This document shows positions 1-9,805 of a DNA stretch of 64,000 bases, piece by piece (positions within the stretch are counted from its first letter, which is position 1; each line of letters begins with the position of its first letter). Both the position numbers and the translations under genes were made by a program. The notes beneath the pieces were generated by a model. That model did not search any database. It saw only the letters and a program-made list of their open reading frames with translations, and had not been told where the DNA came from. Source of the DNA: an uncultured Gemmatimonadales bacterium (GTDB lineage: Bacteria > Gemmatimonadota > Gemmatimonadetes > Gemmatimonadales > GWC2-71-9); NCBI GenBank assembly GCA_963748815.1, contig CAVVKJ010000014.1:128001-192000 (forward strand), given 5' to 3'.

Positions 1-587
1 TTGCCGCGCTGCTGGCGGCCGCGCCCACCACGCCGAGACTCCACCGGGGCGCCGAGATCATGCTGGACCGCCCGCTCCCGGAGGCCGTCGCGACGCAGCG
101 GAGCGTCACGCTGAACGGCTCCCAGTACGTGCTGGTGGAGTTCACCCGGATGGTGACGTTCCAGACCGCGGCCGCGGCGCTCGCCCACGTGGTCGACATC
201 GGCCTCACGCCGGTGCTCGCCCACCCCGAGCGCTATGCCTGCTGCACCCCGGAGACGGTCCGGCGCTGGCGCGCGCTCGGTGCGGTGATGCAGGTCGACG
301 GCACGACCCTGGCCTCCAGCCGCGGTCGCGGGGAGCGGGCCCGCGCGCTGGTGGCTGAGGGGCTCGCCGACATCCTGGCGGGCGACAACCACGGCGACGA
401 CCGCTCGCTGGCCACGGCCCGCGACTTCCTGCGGCGACACGACGGCGCGGTCCAGGCCGGCCTCCTCCTCGACGCCAACCCGGCGGCGATCCTGGCGGGC
501 GGTCCCCTCGAGGAAGTCCCGCCCCTTCCGCTGCGCACCGGTGTCCTGTCGCGGCTGCGAAACCTGCTCACGGAGAGCGACCAATGA
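1..587 (+). CDS. PHP-family tyrosine-protein phosphatase (CpsB/CapC-like), 5'-truncated by window
   Basis: Frame open from position 3 (RLHRGAEI); motifs YVLVEF, PVLAHPERY, AGDNHG. Confidence 0.8.
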   Translation, partial: AALLAAAPTTPRLHRGAEIMLDRPLPEAVATQRSVTLNGSQYVLVEFTRMVTFQTAAAALAHVVDIGLTPVLAHPERYACCTPETVRRWRALGAVMQVDGTTLASSRGRGERARALVAEGLADILAGDNHGDDRSLATARDFLRRHDGAVQAGLLLDANPAAILAGGPLEEVPPLPLRTGVLSRLRNLLTESDQ

Positions 588-1156
588 GCGACGCGCACAT
601 TGCGGCGGGCCTGCGCACTCTGGCCCGGCTCGCCGAAGCCACCACCGCGCTCGCCGGCGAGGCGCAGCGCATCGCGGAGACCTACGTCCGCACGCTGCGC
701 GGCGGGGGCACCATCTACTTTGCCGGGAACGGCGGAAGCGCCGCGGATGCGCAGCACCTCGCGACGGAATTCGTGGTGCGCTACGCGAAGAACCGCCGCC
801 CCCTCGCGGCGGTCGCCCTCACCACCGACACGTCGCTGCTGCTCGCCGCGGGCAACGATCTCGGCTTCGACCAGGTCTTCTCCCGGCAGGTCGAGGCGCT
901 CTGCCGCAAGGGCGACCTGCTCGTCCTGCACAGCACCAGCGGCGCCAGCCCCAACCTCCTGCGCGCCGCCGAGGCCGCCCGCGCCCAGGGGGTGCCGGTC
1001 GTGGCGTTCCTCGGCAAGGGCGGCGGAGCGCTGGCCGGTCTGGTGGACCAGTCGTTCATCGTCGCGGCGGACGAAACCAGCCACATCCAGGAGATCCACC
1101 TCGCGGTCGAACACCTGATCGTGGAAGTCGTGGAGCGGGAGCTGGACCTTGGCTGA
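584..1156 (+). CDS. gmhA: D-sedoheptulose 7-phosphate isomerase (SIS domain)
   Basis: GNGGSAADAQHLATE, GNDLGFDQVFSRQV, STSGASPN, HIQEIH; ATGA overlap with upstream gene. Confidence 0.93.
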   Translation: MSDAHIAAGLRTLARLAEATTALAGEAQRIAETYVRTLRGGGTIYFAGNGGSAADAQHLATEFVVRYAKNRRPLAAVALTTDTSLLLAAGNDLGFDQVFSRQVEALCRKGDLLVLHSTSGASPNLLRAAEAARAQGVPVVAFLGKGGGALAGLVDQSFIVAADETSHIQEIHLAVEHLIVEVVERELDLG

Positions 1157-1913
1157 CGCGCTGGCGTTTCCGTCGGGCACCGTCGCGCTGGTCACGGGAG
1201 GCTCGCGCGGCATCGGCCGGGCCACCGCGCTCCTGCTCGCCCGTCTCGGCGCCGACGTGGGCGTCACCTGGCACACTCGGAAGTCCGACGCGGAAGCCGT
1301 CACCCGCGACGTCCGCGGCATGGGCCGGAAGGCGTTCGCGGCCGGCGGCGATCTCGCCGATCCGGCCGTGGTCGAGCGCGTCTTCCGGGAATTCAAGGCG
1401 TGCTTCGGCCGGCTCGATTACTTCGTCGCCAACGCCGGGGTGTGGCCGGTGGCGGACGTCGCCCTGCGCGACATGGACGAGGCCAGGTGGCGGTCAGTCC
1501 TTGCCGCCAACCTCGACGCGGTGTTCCTCACGACCCGCGCCGCGCTTCGCCTGATGGGGCCCGGCGGGCGCATCGTCCTGGTGGGCAGCACGGCGGGCCA
1601 GCGGGGCGAGGGATTTCACGCCGACTACGCCGCGAGCAAGGGCGCGCTGATCTCGCTGACGAAGTCCCTCGCCGTGGAGTGTGCGCCCGGCATCACCGTC
1701 AACTGCGTGGCCCCCGGGTGGGTGGACACCGAAATGGCGGCGGAACCGTACGCGGCGGGCGGCCGGGCCCGGATCGAACAGGGTATTCCCATCGGCCGCG
1801 TGGCAAGCGCGAATGACATCGCCGGTCCCATCGCCTTCCTCCTCAGTGACCTGGCCCGGCATATCACGGGCGAAGTCCTGAATGTGAATGGCGGGAGCGT
1901 ACTGTGCGGGTAG
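1149..1913 (+). CDS. SDR-family oxidoreductase (FabG-like)
   Basis: TGGSRGIG, ANAG, YAASK, NCVAPGWVDT, ITGEVLNVNGG. Confidence 0.9.
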   Translation: MADALAFPSGTVALVTGGSRGIGRATALLLARLGADVGVTWHTRKSDAEAVTRDVRGMGRKAFAAGGDLADPAVVERVFREFKACFGRLDYFVANAGVWPVADVALRDMDEARWRSVLAANLDAVFLTTRAALRLMGPGGRIVLVGSTAGQRGEGFHADYAASKGALISLTKSLAVECAPGITVNCVAPGWVDTEMAAEPYAAGGRARIEQGIPIGRVASANDIAGPIAFLLSDLARHITGEVLNVNGGSVLCG

Positions 1914-1926
1914 CGCAGGGCGCGGC

Positions 1927-2889
1927 GTGATCCACCTGCTCTTTACCGGCGGCACCATCTCAATGCGCCAGTCCGCCGAGGCGGGCGGGGCGGTGCCCGC
2001 GCTCGATGGGGCGGCGCTGGTCGGGCTGGCGCCCGGGCTCGCCGCTGTCGGTCCGCTCACGGTAGAGGACTGGGGCCGGTTTCCCGCGTCTCACATGGGA
2101 CTCGACCGGCTCTGGGCGCTCCGCAACCGCATCGCCGAGGTCGCCGCTGCCGGCTCGGTCCGGGGCATCGTCGTCACCCACGGTACCGATACACTCGAGG
2201 AAACCGCCTATCTGCTGGCTCGCACGCTCGACCCGGCCATTCCCGTGGTCATCACCGGCGCCATGCGGACCTCCGAGGAGGAGGAGTGGGACGGGCGCCG
2301 CAACCTGGTGGACAGCGCCCGGGTGGCCGCGTCGGCGGAGAGCCGGGGGCGGGGGACGATGGTCGTGTTACATGGCACCGTCCTGAGCGGGCTTGAAGCG
2401 GTGAAGACCGACGCCGGTGAAGTGGACACCTTTCGCGCGCCCCGCGCGGCTCCACTCGGGATCGTGGCGGGCGGCTCGGTCCGGTACGCCAGCGGCGGCC
2501 GCCCGGCGGCGCCCCTGCCAGTGTTCCCCAGTGCGCTCACCGCGCGCATCGCGATGGTGACGGCGGTGGTCGGCGACCGGGGCGCATTGGTGGACGCCGC
2601 GCGGGACGCCCACGACGGGCTGGTGCTGGTCGCCTTCGGCCGCGGCAACATGCCCCCGGCGCTCGCCGCCGCCGCGCAGCGCTGGCTGGACGCGGGAAAG
2701 CCGGTGGTGCTGGCGTCCCGCTGCTTTACCGGCGAAGTGCTCCCGATCTACGCCTTCGAGGGCGGCGGTGCGCGGCTCCTGCAGGCCGGCGCCATCGCGG
2801 CGGGGCCCCGCGCACCCTCGCAGGCGTGGATGGAACTGGTGGTGAGCGCGTCCGCCGGCGTGCCGTTCGCGGCCGGAATGGAGGCCTGA
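1927..2889 (+). CDS. L-asparaginase/glutaminase (class 1)
   Basis: TGGTISM and HGTDTLEETA catalytic motifs; GTG start at 1927 inferred. Confidence 0.88.
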   Translation: MIHLLFTGGTISMRQSAEAGGAVPALDGAALVGLAPGLAAVGPLTVEDWGRFPASHMGLDRLWALRNRIAEVAAAGSVRGIVVTHGTDTLEETAYLLARTLDPAIPVVITGAMRTSEEEEWDGRRNLVDSARVAASAESRGRGTMVVLHGTVLSGLEAVKTDAGEVDTFRAPRAAPLGIVAGGSVRYASGGRPAAPLPVFPSALTARIAMVTAVVGDRGALVDAARDAHDGLVLVAFGRGNMPPALAAAAQRWLDAGKPVVLASRCFTGEVLPIYAFEGGGARLLQAGAIAAGPRAPSQAWMELVVSASAGVPFAAGMEA

Positions 2890-2890
2890 C

Positions 2891-4081
2891 GTGGAGCTTC
2901 CCGCGCGAATTCTCATTCCCGAGGAAGTGGTCGCGATCGCGCGCCGGCTGGAGGACGCGGGCCACGAGACGTGGTGCGTCGGCGGCGCCGTGCGTGACAC
3001 GCTGCTGGGCGACGAACAGAAGGACTTCGACCTCGCCACCTCGGCACGGCCCGAACAGGTGCAGGCGCTCTTCCGGCATACCGTCGCGGTCGGCGTGAAG
3101 TACGGGACGGTGGGGGTGTTCGACAGCGCGCGCGTATTGCACGAGGTGACGACCTTCCGGCACGACGTGCGGACCGACGGCCGGCATGCGGAGGTGGCCT
3201 ACGGTGTCTCGCTCGACGAAGACCTCGCGCGCCGGGACTTCACCGTCAATGCCGTCGCCTATCATCCGCTCCGTGGCGAGTGGCGCGATCCGTTCGGCGG
3301 GGTGGACGATCTCGAACGCCGACGGCTCCGCGCCGTCGGCGATCCCGCCGCGCGCTTCCGCGAGGACTACCTCCGCGTGCTCCGCGCGCTGCGCTTCGCC
3401 GCGCGTCTCGATTTCGCCATCGAGCCGGAGACCTGGGAGGCAGCCTGCGCCGCCGCGAGCGGACTCGACCAGTTGTCGGCCGAGCGGGTCCGCGACGAAT
3501 GGTTCAAGGGATTGCGCACGACCCGGTCGCTGCGGCGACTCATCTCGCTCTGGCGGAAGTCGGGCGCCGCGGGAGTCTGGCTTCCCCATCTCTGGTCGGC
3601 CGAGGAACTGGAAGCGTGGACGGGCGACGACGCCCCCGCCCGGCGCGATCCGGTGGTGCTGACGGCGCTCTGCTGCCACGAGCCGGTCGCAGCGCTCAGC
3701 CGATTACGGGTGTCGAACGCCGAGCTGGCCCGAGCCGCCGCGCTGGTGGCGGGTCCGATCGAACCGGCGGGCATGACGACGCGCGACGTGCGCCGGTGGC
3801 TCGCCGCGGTCGATGACGCCGCCGACGACCTCGCCGAGCTCTGGACCCTGCGCCGCGCCCTCCCGTTCCCGTGGGCGGCGGAGGTCGCGGCGGTGCGGGG
3901 GACTGGCGCCGCCCTGCGGCGCGGCGATCTCGCCGTGTCGGGGCAGGACCTCATGGCCGCCGGGGTCCCGGCGGGGCCCGCCATCGGGCAGGTGCTGGAG
4001 CGGCTGCTGGCCCTGGTGGTGGACGACCCGACGCTGAACGAGCGCGACGCGTTGCTCGCGCGCGCCAAGGAGATTGTGTGA
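2891..4081 (+). CDS. cca: CCA tRNA nucleotidyltransferase (class II, no HD domain)
   Basis: VGGAVRD..KDFDLAT, EVTTFR, DLARRDFTVNA, RFREDYLRVLRALRF, SAERVRDE. Confidence 0.85.
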   Translation: MELPARILIPEEVVAIARRLEDAGHETWCVGGAVRDTLLGDEQKDFDLATSARPEQVQALFRHTVAVGVKYGTVGVFDSARVLHEVTTFRHDVRTDGRHAEVAYGVSLDEDLARRDFTVNAVAYHPLRGEWRDPFGGVDDLERRRLRAVGDPAARFREDYLRVLRALRFAARLDFAIEPETWEAACAAASGLDQLSAERVRDEWFKGLRTTRSLRRLISLWRKSGAAGVWLPHLWSAEELEAWTGDDAPARRDPVVLTALCCHEPVAALSRLRVSNAELARAAALVAGPIEPAGMTTRDVRRWLAAVDDAADDLAELWTLRRALPFPWAAEVAAVRGTGAALRRGDLAVSGQDLMAAGVPAGPAIGQVLERLLALVVDDPTLNERDALLARAKEIV

Positions 4082-4797
4082 ACCCTGTCGTCCTCGGCCT
4101 CCTGGCGGCCGCCGGCAACGTCATCGGCGCCGTGGTCGTGGTGCGCCACCTGCAGCGTGGCCTTCAATTCATCGAGGGGCTGATCGCGTTCGGTGCCGGC
4201 TTCATGCTGGCCGTCGTCCTCGTGGGCGTCCTGCCGGAGGTGTTTCACAGCGGTGCGCTTCTGCCGGGGGTCTTCGTCTTCGCGGGCTATTTCGGCGTGC
4301 ACCTCTCGCAGCACGTCTTCACCCAGCATTTCCATTACGGCGTCGAGACCCACCGGGTGGGCGCGAAGGCCGGCTTCAGCGCGCTCGTCGGGCTCTCCAT
4401 CCACAGTCTCTTCGACGGTGTCGCAATCGCGGCCGGCATCCTGGTCTCCCCCCAGCTCGGTGTCCTGCTCTTTCTCGCCGTCTTCCTGCACAAGCTCCCC
4501 GAGGGCGTCACCATCGCGAGCCTGGTGATGGCGGGAGGGCAGGGCGCCCGCCGCGCCATCGGCGCCGCCGCGGTGCTGGGCCTGGCGACCGTGCTGGGCG
4601 TGCTCCTCACCGATTGGGCCGCCCCCCTTGCCGAGCGCGGACTGGCCTTGGCGGCTGGCGTGACGCTCTACGTGGCGGCCTCCGATCTCGTCCCGGAATT
4701 CCAGGCGAAGCGCGGCTGGGGCACGGCATTGCCGTTCTTCGGCGGCGCGGCGGCGTTCTTCCTGACGCACGCGTTGCTTGAGCGCTGGGTCGGGTAA
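4078..4797 (+). CDS. ZIP-family metal transporter
   Basis: Multi-TM protein; HSLFDG and LHKLPEG motifs; GTGA overlap start. Confidence 0.88.
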   Translation: MNPVVLGLLAAAGNVIGAVVVVRHLQRGLQFIEGLIAFGAGFMLAVVLVGVLPEVFHSGALLPGVFVFAGYFGVHLSQHVFTQHFHYGVETHRVGAKAGFSALVGLSIHSLFDGVAIAAGILVSPQLGVLLFLAVFLHKLPEGVTIASLVMAGGQGARRAIGAAAVLGLATVLGVLLTDWAAPLAERGLALAAGVTLYVAASDLVPEFQAKRGWGTALPFFGGAAAFFLTHALLERWVG

Positions 4798-6172
4798 GGC
4801 CACCGGCGTGAACGAACCCTCCCTGTTCGCGCCCGCGGCGCCGCTCGCGGCCCGCCTCCGTCCGCGGACCCTCGACGAAGTCGTCGGCCAGGCCCACCTG
4901 CTGGCACCGGGCCACGCCCTGGGCGACGCCATTCGCCGCGGCGACGTCGGCAGCGTCATTCTCTGGGGCCCTCCCGGCTCGGGGAAGACGACCCTGGCGC
5001 GGGTCATCGCGAAGCACACCGAACGCGAATTCGTCACCTTCAGCGCCGTGACCGAAGGGGTGCAGCGCGTCCGGGAGATTCTCCGGGAGGCGGAGGACCG
5101 CCGCCGTCTCGGCCGCGAGACCATCTTCTTCTGCGACGAGATCCACCGGTTCAATCGCGGCCAGCAGGACGCCTTCCTGCCGGCGGTCGAGTCGGGCCTC
5201 ATCACCCTGATCGGGGCCACGACCGAGAATCCGAGCTTCGAGCTCAACGCCGCCCTCCTCTCGCGATCCCGCGTCTACGTGCTCGAGCCGCTGGGGGAGG
5301 ACGACCTCGCCTCCCTGCTTCGCCGCGCCCTCGAGGATCGTGATCGAGGCCTCGGCGCGATGGAGCTCCGGGTCTCGGACGATGCGATCGCCTTCCTGGC
5401 CACCGCCGCGGACGGCGACGCGCGCCGCGCGCTCACCGCGCTCGAGGCGGCGTCGCAGCAGGTCGGGCTCGGCGGCGACGTCAGCCGGGAGGTGGCGGCC
5501 GATGTCTTTGCCCGGCGGCTGCCGGCCTATGACAAGTCGGGTGAGGGGCATTACAACCTCATTTCCGCGCTGCACAAGTCCATCCGCGGCAGTGACCCCC
5601 AGGGAGCGCTCTACTGGCTCGCGCGGATGATCGAGGGGGGCGAGGCCCCGCTCTACCTGGCGCGCCGGATGGTGCGCATGGCAGTCGAGGACATCGGGCT
5701 CGCCGATCCGCAGGCGCTCACGATCGCGCTCGCCGCCAAGGACGCCTTCGACTTCCTCGGGGCGCCGGAGGGCGAGCTCGCGCTGGCCGAGGCGGCGGTC
5801 TACCTCGCCACGGCACCGAAGTCGAACCGGGTGTACGCCGCGTGGGGCGCGGCGCGGGAGGCGGCACGGCGGACGCCAGCCGCCCCGGTGCCGCTGCACC
5901 TGCGGAACGCGGTCACCGGGCTGATGAAGGAGATCGGATACGGGGCGGGGTACCGGTACGCGCACGATGCGCCGACCGCCTACATTGCGCAGGAGTACCT
6001 GCCCGACGGACTGACCGGCGAGCAGTTCTACGAGCCGGGTCCCATGGGGCTGGAGAAGCGGATCGCGGAGAGGATGGCGTGGTGGCGGCGGCAGGGGGAC
6101 GAGGCGGGGAAGCGGGGAAGCGGGGAAGTGGGGCAAGTGGAACCTGCGAACACACCAACAAGGGAATGCTGA
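4778..6172 (+). CDS. rarA: Replication-associated recombination protein A (RarA/MgsA AAA+ ATPase); start may be GTG 4808
   Basis: PLAARLRP, GPPGSGKTT, DEIHRFN, ATTENPSF, ISALHKSIRGSD, APKSN, VPLHLRNA, GYRYAHD. Confidence 0.93.
   Translation: MSAGSGKATGVNEPSLFAPAAPLAARLRPRTLDEVVGQAHLLAPGHALGDAIRRGDVGSVILWGPPGSGKTTLARVIAKHTEREFVTFSAVTEGVQRVREILREAEDRRRLGRETIFFCDEIHRFNRGQQDAFLPAVESGLITLIGATTENPSFELNAALLSRSRVYVLEPLGEDDLASLLRRALEDRDRGLGAMELRVSDDAIAFLATAADGDARRALTALEAASQQVGLGGDVSREVAADVFARRLPAYDKSGEGHYNLISALHKSIRGSDPQGALYWLARMIEGGEAPLYLARRMVRMAVEDIGLADPQALTIALAAKDAFDFLGAPEGELALAEAAVYLATAPKSNRVYAAWGAAREAARRTPAAPVPLHLRNAVTGLMKEIGYGAGYRYAHDAPTAYIAQEYLPDGLTGEQFYEPGPMGLEKRIAERMAWWRRQGDEAGKRGSGEVGQVEPANTPTREC
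6103..6140 (+). repeat. Tandem octamer (GCGGGGAA) x3 plus degenerate copies in the rarA 3' tail
   Basis: ggcggggaagcggggaagcggggaagtggggcaagtgg read directly. Confidence 0.75.
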
Positions 6173-6175
6173 CAC

Positions 6176-7492
6176 ATTCGAGACCTCATCAACATCCAGC
6201 CGCCGGCCGAACGGGCCATTCTCGTCGCCGCCCCCCGGAAGGGGTCCGCCGACGTGACGGCCATGCAGGAGCATCTCGACGAATTGGCCCGGCTGGTGGA
6301 CACGGCGGGCGCGGAGGTCGTCGGGCAACTCACGCAGCAGCTGGAGTCGCCGCATCCCGGCACCCTGATCGGGGAAGGGAAGGTGGAGGAGCTGGCGGCG
6401 CTCGTCCTCTCGAGCGGGGCCACTCTCGTCATCTTCGACGACGAGCTCTCCCCGATGCAGGGCGCCAACCTCGAGCGGGAGCTCAAGGTGCGGGTCATGG
6501 ACCGCGCCGAGGTCATTCTCGACATCTTCTCGACGCGGGCGCGGAGCCACGAGGCCAAGCTCCAGGTCGAACTGGCGCAGCTCGAGTACCTGCTTCCCCG
6601 GCTCCGGCGGATGTGGACCCACCTGTCGCGCATCCGGGGCGGCATCGGCCTGCGGGGCCCGGGCGAAACCCAGCTCGAGACCGACCGTCGGATGATCCGG
6701 CACAAGATCCAGTGGCTCAAGGGCAAGCTGCGGGACGTCGAGCGCCATCGGGAAACGATCCGCGCCGGCCGGACGCCGATGCTCAGCGTCAGCCTGGTGG
6801 GCTACACCAATGCCGGCAAGTCCAGCGTGCTGCGCGGCCTGTCGGGGCAGCACGAAATCGTGGTCGAGGACCGGCTCTTCGCCACGCTCGACACGCTGAC
6901 CCGCGAGGTCGACCTGGGCGAGGGCTACCGCGCCCGAGTCACCGACACCGTCGGGTTCATCCGGAAATTGCCCCACCACCTGGTGGCGAGCTTCCGCGCG
7001 ACGCTCGAGGAGGCCCGTTCCGCCGACGTGCTCCTCCACGTCGTGGACGCGAGCCACGCCGGTTGGGAGGAGCAGATGGACGTGGTCGAGCAAGTGCTCG
7101 CGGAACTCGGGCTGCAGGATCGGCCGGTGCTGCCGGTGTTCAACAAGATCGACCGGCTGGCGGATGCGGTGGAGTTCGGGCGGCGGGTCTCGGCGGTGTT
7201 CCCGGGGGCGGTGCTCACCACCACGATGCGCACGGACGGGCTGAACAGCCTGCGGAACGCCCTGCGGGAGCGCGAGCAGGACCTCCGTCCCCCCGTGTGG
7301 CTGCGGCTTCCGCTGACCGCCGGCGCCCAGGTGGCGGCGCTCTACCGGCTGGGCGAGGTGATGGAGCGCCGCGATGCCGAGACCGGCGTCGAGCTGCGGG
7401 TCCGGCTCCCGCCCGCGGAAGTCGACCGCCTGCGCCACGACGGGGTGGAGGTCCTCGGCGATCGCGTGGCGGACACGCCCTCCGTCGGCTAA
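6176..7492 (+). CDS. hflX: Ribosome-splitting GTPase HflX; start uncertain (ATT 6176 proposed, first canonical codon GTG 6254)
   Basis: ILDIF..RA, EAKLQVELAQLEY, GPGETQLETDRR, GYTNAGKS, LFATLD, DTVGFI, NKID; N-terminal ERAILV lies upstream of 6254. Confidence 0.92.
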   Translation: MRDLINIQPPAERAILVAAPRKGSADVTAMQEHLDELARLVDTAGAEVVGQLTQQLESPHPGTLIGEGKVEELAALVLSSGATLVIFDDELSPMQGANLERELKVRVMDRAEVILDIFSTRARSHEAKLQVELAQLEYLLPRLRRMWTHLSRIRGGIGLRGPGETQLETDRRMIRHKIQWLKGKLRDVERHRETIRAGRTPMLSVSLVGYTNAGKSSVLRGLSGQHEIVVEDRLFATLDTLTREVDLGEGYRARVTDTVGFIRKLPHHLVASFRATLEEARSADVLLHVVDASHAGWEEQMDVVEQVLAELGLQDRPVLPVFNKIDRLADAVEFGRRVSAVFPGAVLTTTMRTDGLNSLRNALREREQDLRPPVWLRLPLTAGAQVAALYRLGEVMERRDAETGVELRVRLPPAEVDRLRHDGVEVLGDRVADTPSVG

Positions 7493-7522
7493 GATACGGT
7501 CACCCTCAACCCTTCGGCGACC

Positions 7523-8584
7523 ATGCCTCCTGCGCGCGAGCCCATCACGAACCGGAAGATCCGCTTTGCCCTCGTCGGCTGCGGACGCATCGCCGAGAAG
7601 CACATCGAGGCGATCGCCAAGCACTCGGCGCATGCGGAACTCGTGGCCGTGTGCGACACTGACCCGGCGGCGCTGGAGCGCGCGGTAACGGCCACCGGTG
7701 CCACGGGGTTTCGCTCCCTGACCGAACTGCTCGCGGGATCCAGCGCGGACGCCGTCATCGTGGCCACGCCGAGCGGGCTGCACGCCTCGCAGACGATCGA
7801 GGTGGCCGAGGCGGGGCGCCATGTCGTGACCGAGAAGCCAATGGCCACCCGCTGGTCCGATGGACAGGAAATGGTCCGCGCCTGCGACGACGCGGGGGTC
7901 CGGCTCTTCGTGGTGAAGCAGAACCGGCGGAATGCCACGGTCCAGCTCCTCAAGCGGGCGGTCGAGCAGCAGCGGTTCGGGCAGATCTACATGGTCAACG
8001 TGAACGTCTTCTGGAACCGGCCCCAGGCGTATTACGACAGCGCGCGGTGGCGCGGCACCTGGGAGTTCGACGGCGGCGCGTTCATGAACCAGGCCAGCCA
8101 CTACGTCGACCTGCTCGACTGGCTCGTGGGCCCGGTGGAATGCGTGCACGCATTCACCGCCACCCTCGCCCGCCGCATCGAGGTCGAGGACACCGGGGTG
8201 GCCAACATCCGGTGGCGGTCGGGCGCCCTCGGTTCCATCAACGTGACGATGCTGACGTATCCCAAGAACCTTGAGGGGTCGATCACGATCATCGGGGAAC
8301 GGGGGACGGCCCGGGTGGGCGGTGTGGCCGTCAACGCCATCGAGCACTGGGAGTTTGCGGACAGTTCCCCCGACGACGCCACCGCGGCCGATGCCAGCTA
8401 CCAGACGACGTCCGTCTATGGCTTCGGGCATTCGGCGTACTACGAGAATGTCATCGCGACCCTGCGGGGCACCGCCGAGGCGGAGACCGATGGTCGTGAG
8501 GGGCTGCGGTCGCTCGAGTTGTTGATTGGATTGTATCTGTCGGCCCGCGACGGGCAGCCGGTGCACCTGCCGCTGGAATATTAG
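7523..8584 (+). CDS. Gfo/Idh/MocA oxidoreductase, WlbA/WbpB-like UDP-GlcNAcA 3-dehydrogenase
   Basis: GCGRIA, TPSGLH, EKPMA, VKQNRRN, WRGTWEFDGGAFMNQASHYVDLL, SVYGFGH. Confidence 0.85.
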   Translation: MPPAREPITNRKIRFALVGCGRIAEKHIEAIAKHSAHAELVAVCDTDPAALERAVTATGATGFRSLTELLAGSSADAVIVATPSGLHASQTIEVAEAGRHVVTEKPMATRWSDGQEMVRACDDAGVRLFVVKQNRRNATVQLLKRAVEQQRFGQIYMVNVNVFWNRPQAYYDSARWRGTWEFDGGAFMNQASHYVDLLDWLVGPVECVHAFTATLARRIEVEDTGVANIRWRSGALGSINVTMLTYPKNLEGSITIIGERGTARVGGVAVNAIEHWEFADSSPDDATAADASYQTTSVYGFGHSAYYENVIATLRGTAEAETDGREGLRSLELLIGLYLSARDGQPVHLPLEY

Positions 8585-9729
8585 GGACGGCGGCTGAAGC
8601 CGCCGCTCGGCCGCTGCTCGGCCGCCCCTCCACGCACCGTCTCCCAAAACGCCAGCGTCTTCCGGGCGACGGCATCGTCCACATACTCCGAAATCACCCG
8701 CCGCCGACCCTCGGACGCCAGCCGTTCCCGGAGTTCCGTATCCTCGAGGAGCCGCGCCAGCGCCTCCGTCAGTCCGTCGGGATGCCCGTCGTTGAACACC
8801 AGCCCCGCCTTCCCCACCGATTCCGGCAGCGCTCCCGAATCGCTCACCACCACCGCCACGCCGTGGCTCATCGCCTCGAGCACCTGCGTCGGGTAGGTCT
8901 CGACCCATTCGGGGCTCGTGCGGGACGGAGCGACGAGGCAGTCGATCCGCGGCCAGAAGTTGACGAGCTCGCCCCGCGGGATCCCGCCGAGCCAGGTGAT
9001 GCGGGACGCGATGCCGGTGCGCTCGGCGAGCGCCTCGAGCCGTTCCTGGTCGGGCCCGGTCCCGGCGACCGTCAAGGTCCACGCGCCATAGAGCCTGACG
9101 CAGGCACGGAGCAGGACGTCGAGTCCCTTTTCCGGCACCAGGCGGCCGACGAATCCGATGGCCAGCGAGGGGTGATGTTCGGCGGTCAGGGCGGCGGGCA
9201 CCGGGAGCCCGAGTTGAGGGATCGAGGCGCCCACCAGCCCGGGATACTCCGCCCGGACCAGCCCGGTCGCCTTCGCGTTGGCCCCGACGATGGCGGCGGC
9301 GCGGGAGAGCGCGCGCCGCCGGCGCAGCCGCGCCAGCAGCCGGTGGGACTGCGGCAGGCTCGCGTTGGTGAAGGCCACGGCCGGGATGCGGAGCTGCCGC
9401 GCGAGGCGCATCACGACATCCGCGACCGGTGTCGACGGCTCCTCCTCCACCTGGATGATGTCGGGACGGAAGTCGGTCAGCAGCCGTCGAAGGGCGCTCG
9501 TGCGCCAGGTGCCGGGGCTGCCGTTCGCCTGCCGGCCGCCGGTGGGGACGGGAACGATCCGGACGCCATTTTCCTCCGAAAACGGAATCTCAACCGGGTC
9601 GGTGCTGCCGGGTGGAGTCCATCGAGCGGGGACGGCGACGGCCAGCGCAACGCCCTGGCCGGCGAGGGCGTGGAGTTTGCCGCGGGCCGCGGGATCGGCA
9701 TAGGCATGGGAGAGGATGATGGCGCGCAC
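8581..9729 (-). CDS. Glycosyltransferase family 4
   Basis: GFVGRLVPEKGLD, EAMSHGVAVVVSDSGALPE; GTG start at 9729 inferred. Confidence 0.85.
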   Translation of the reverse strand: MRAIILSHAYADPAARGKLHALAGQGVALAVAVPARWTPPGSTDPVEIPFSEENGVRIVPVPTGGRQANGSPGTWRTSALRRLLTDFRPDIIQVEEEPSTPVADVVMRLARQLRIPAVAFTNASLPQSHRLLARLRRRRALSRAAAIVGANAKATGLVRAEYPGLVGASIPQLGLPVPAALTAEHHPSLAIGFVGRLVPEKGLDVLLRACVRLYGAWTLTVAGTGPDQERLEALAERTGIASRITWLGGIPRGELVNFWPRIDCLVAPSRTSPEWVETYPTQVLEAMSHGVAVVVSDSGALPESVGKAGLVFNDGHPDGLTEALARLLEDTELRERLASEGRRRVISEYVDDAVARKTLAFWETVRGGAAEQRPSGGFSRRP

Positions 9730-9744
9730 GGAGGGAAAGATGGT

Positions 9745-9760
9745 TGTGACCCCGGTCACA
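9745..9760. promoter_or_regulatory. CRP/FNR-family-type operator TGTGA-N6-TCACA between divergent glycosyltransferases
   Basis: TGTGACCCCGGTCACA, exact match to the CRP consensus, in a 76-bp divergent intergenic region. Confidence 0.55.
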
Positions 9761-9805
9761 TCCAAGCCCGGGAGATTCTCCTCCCGGGCAGATGTATATT
9801 AGAGC

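Noticed and set aside
4607..9082. Very long antisense ORFs (also 51751-56019, 42192-44999, 20389-23154 and others)
   Set aside because: Shadow ORFs of GC-rich sense genes, with no recognisable motifs.
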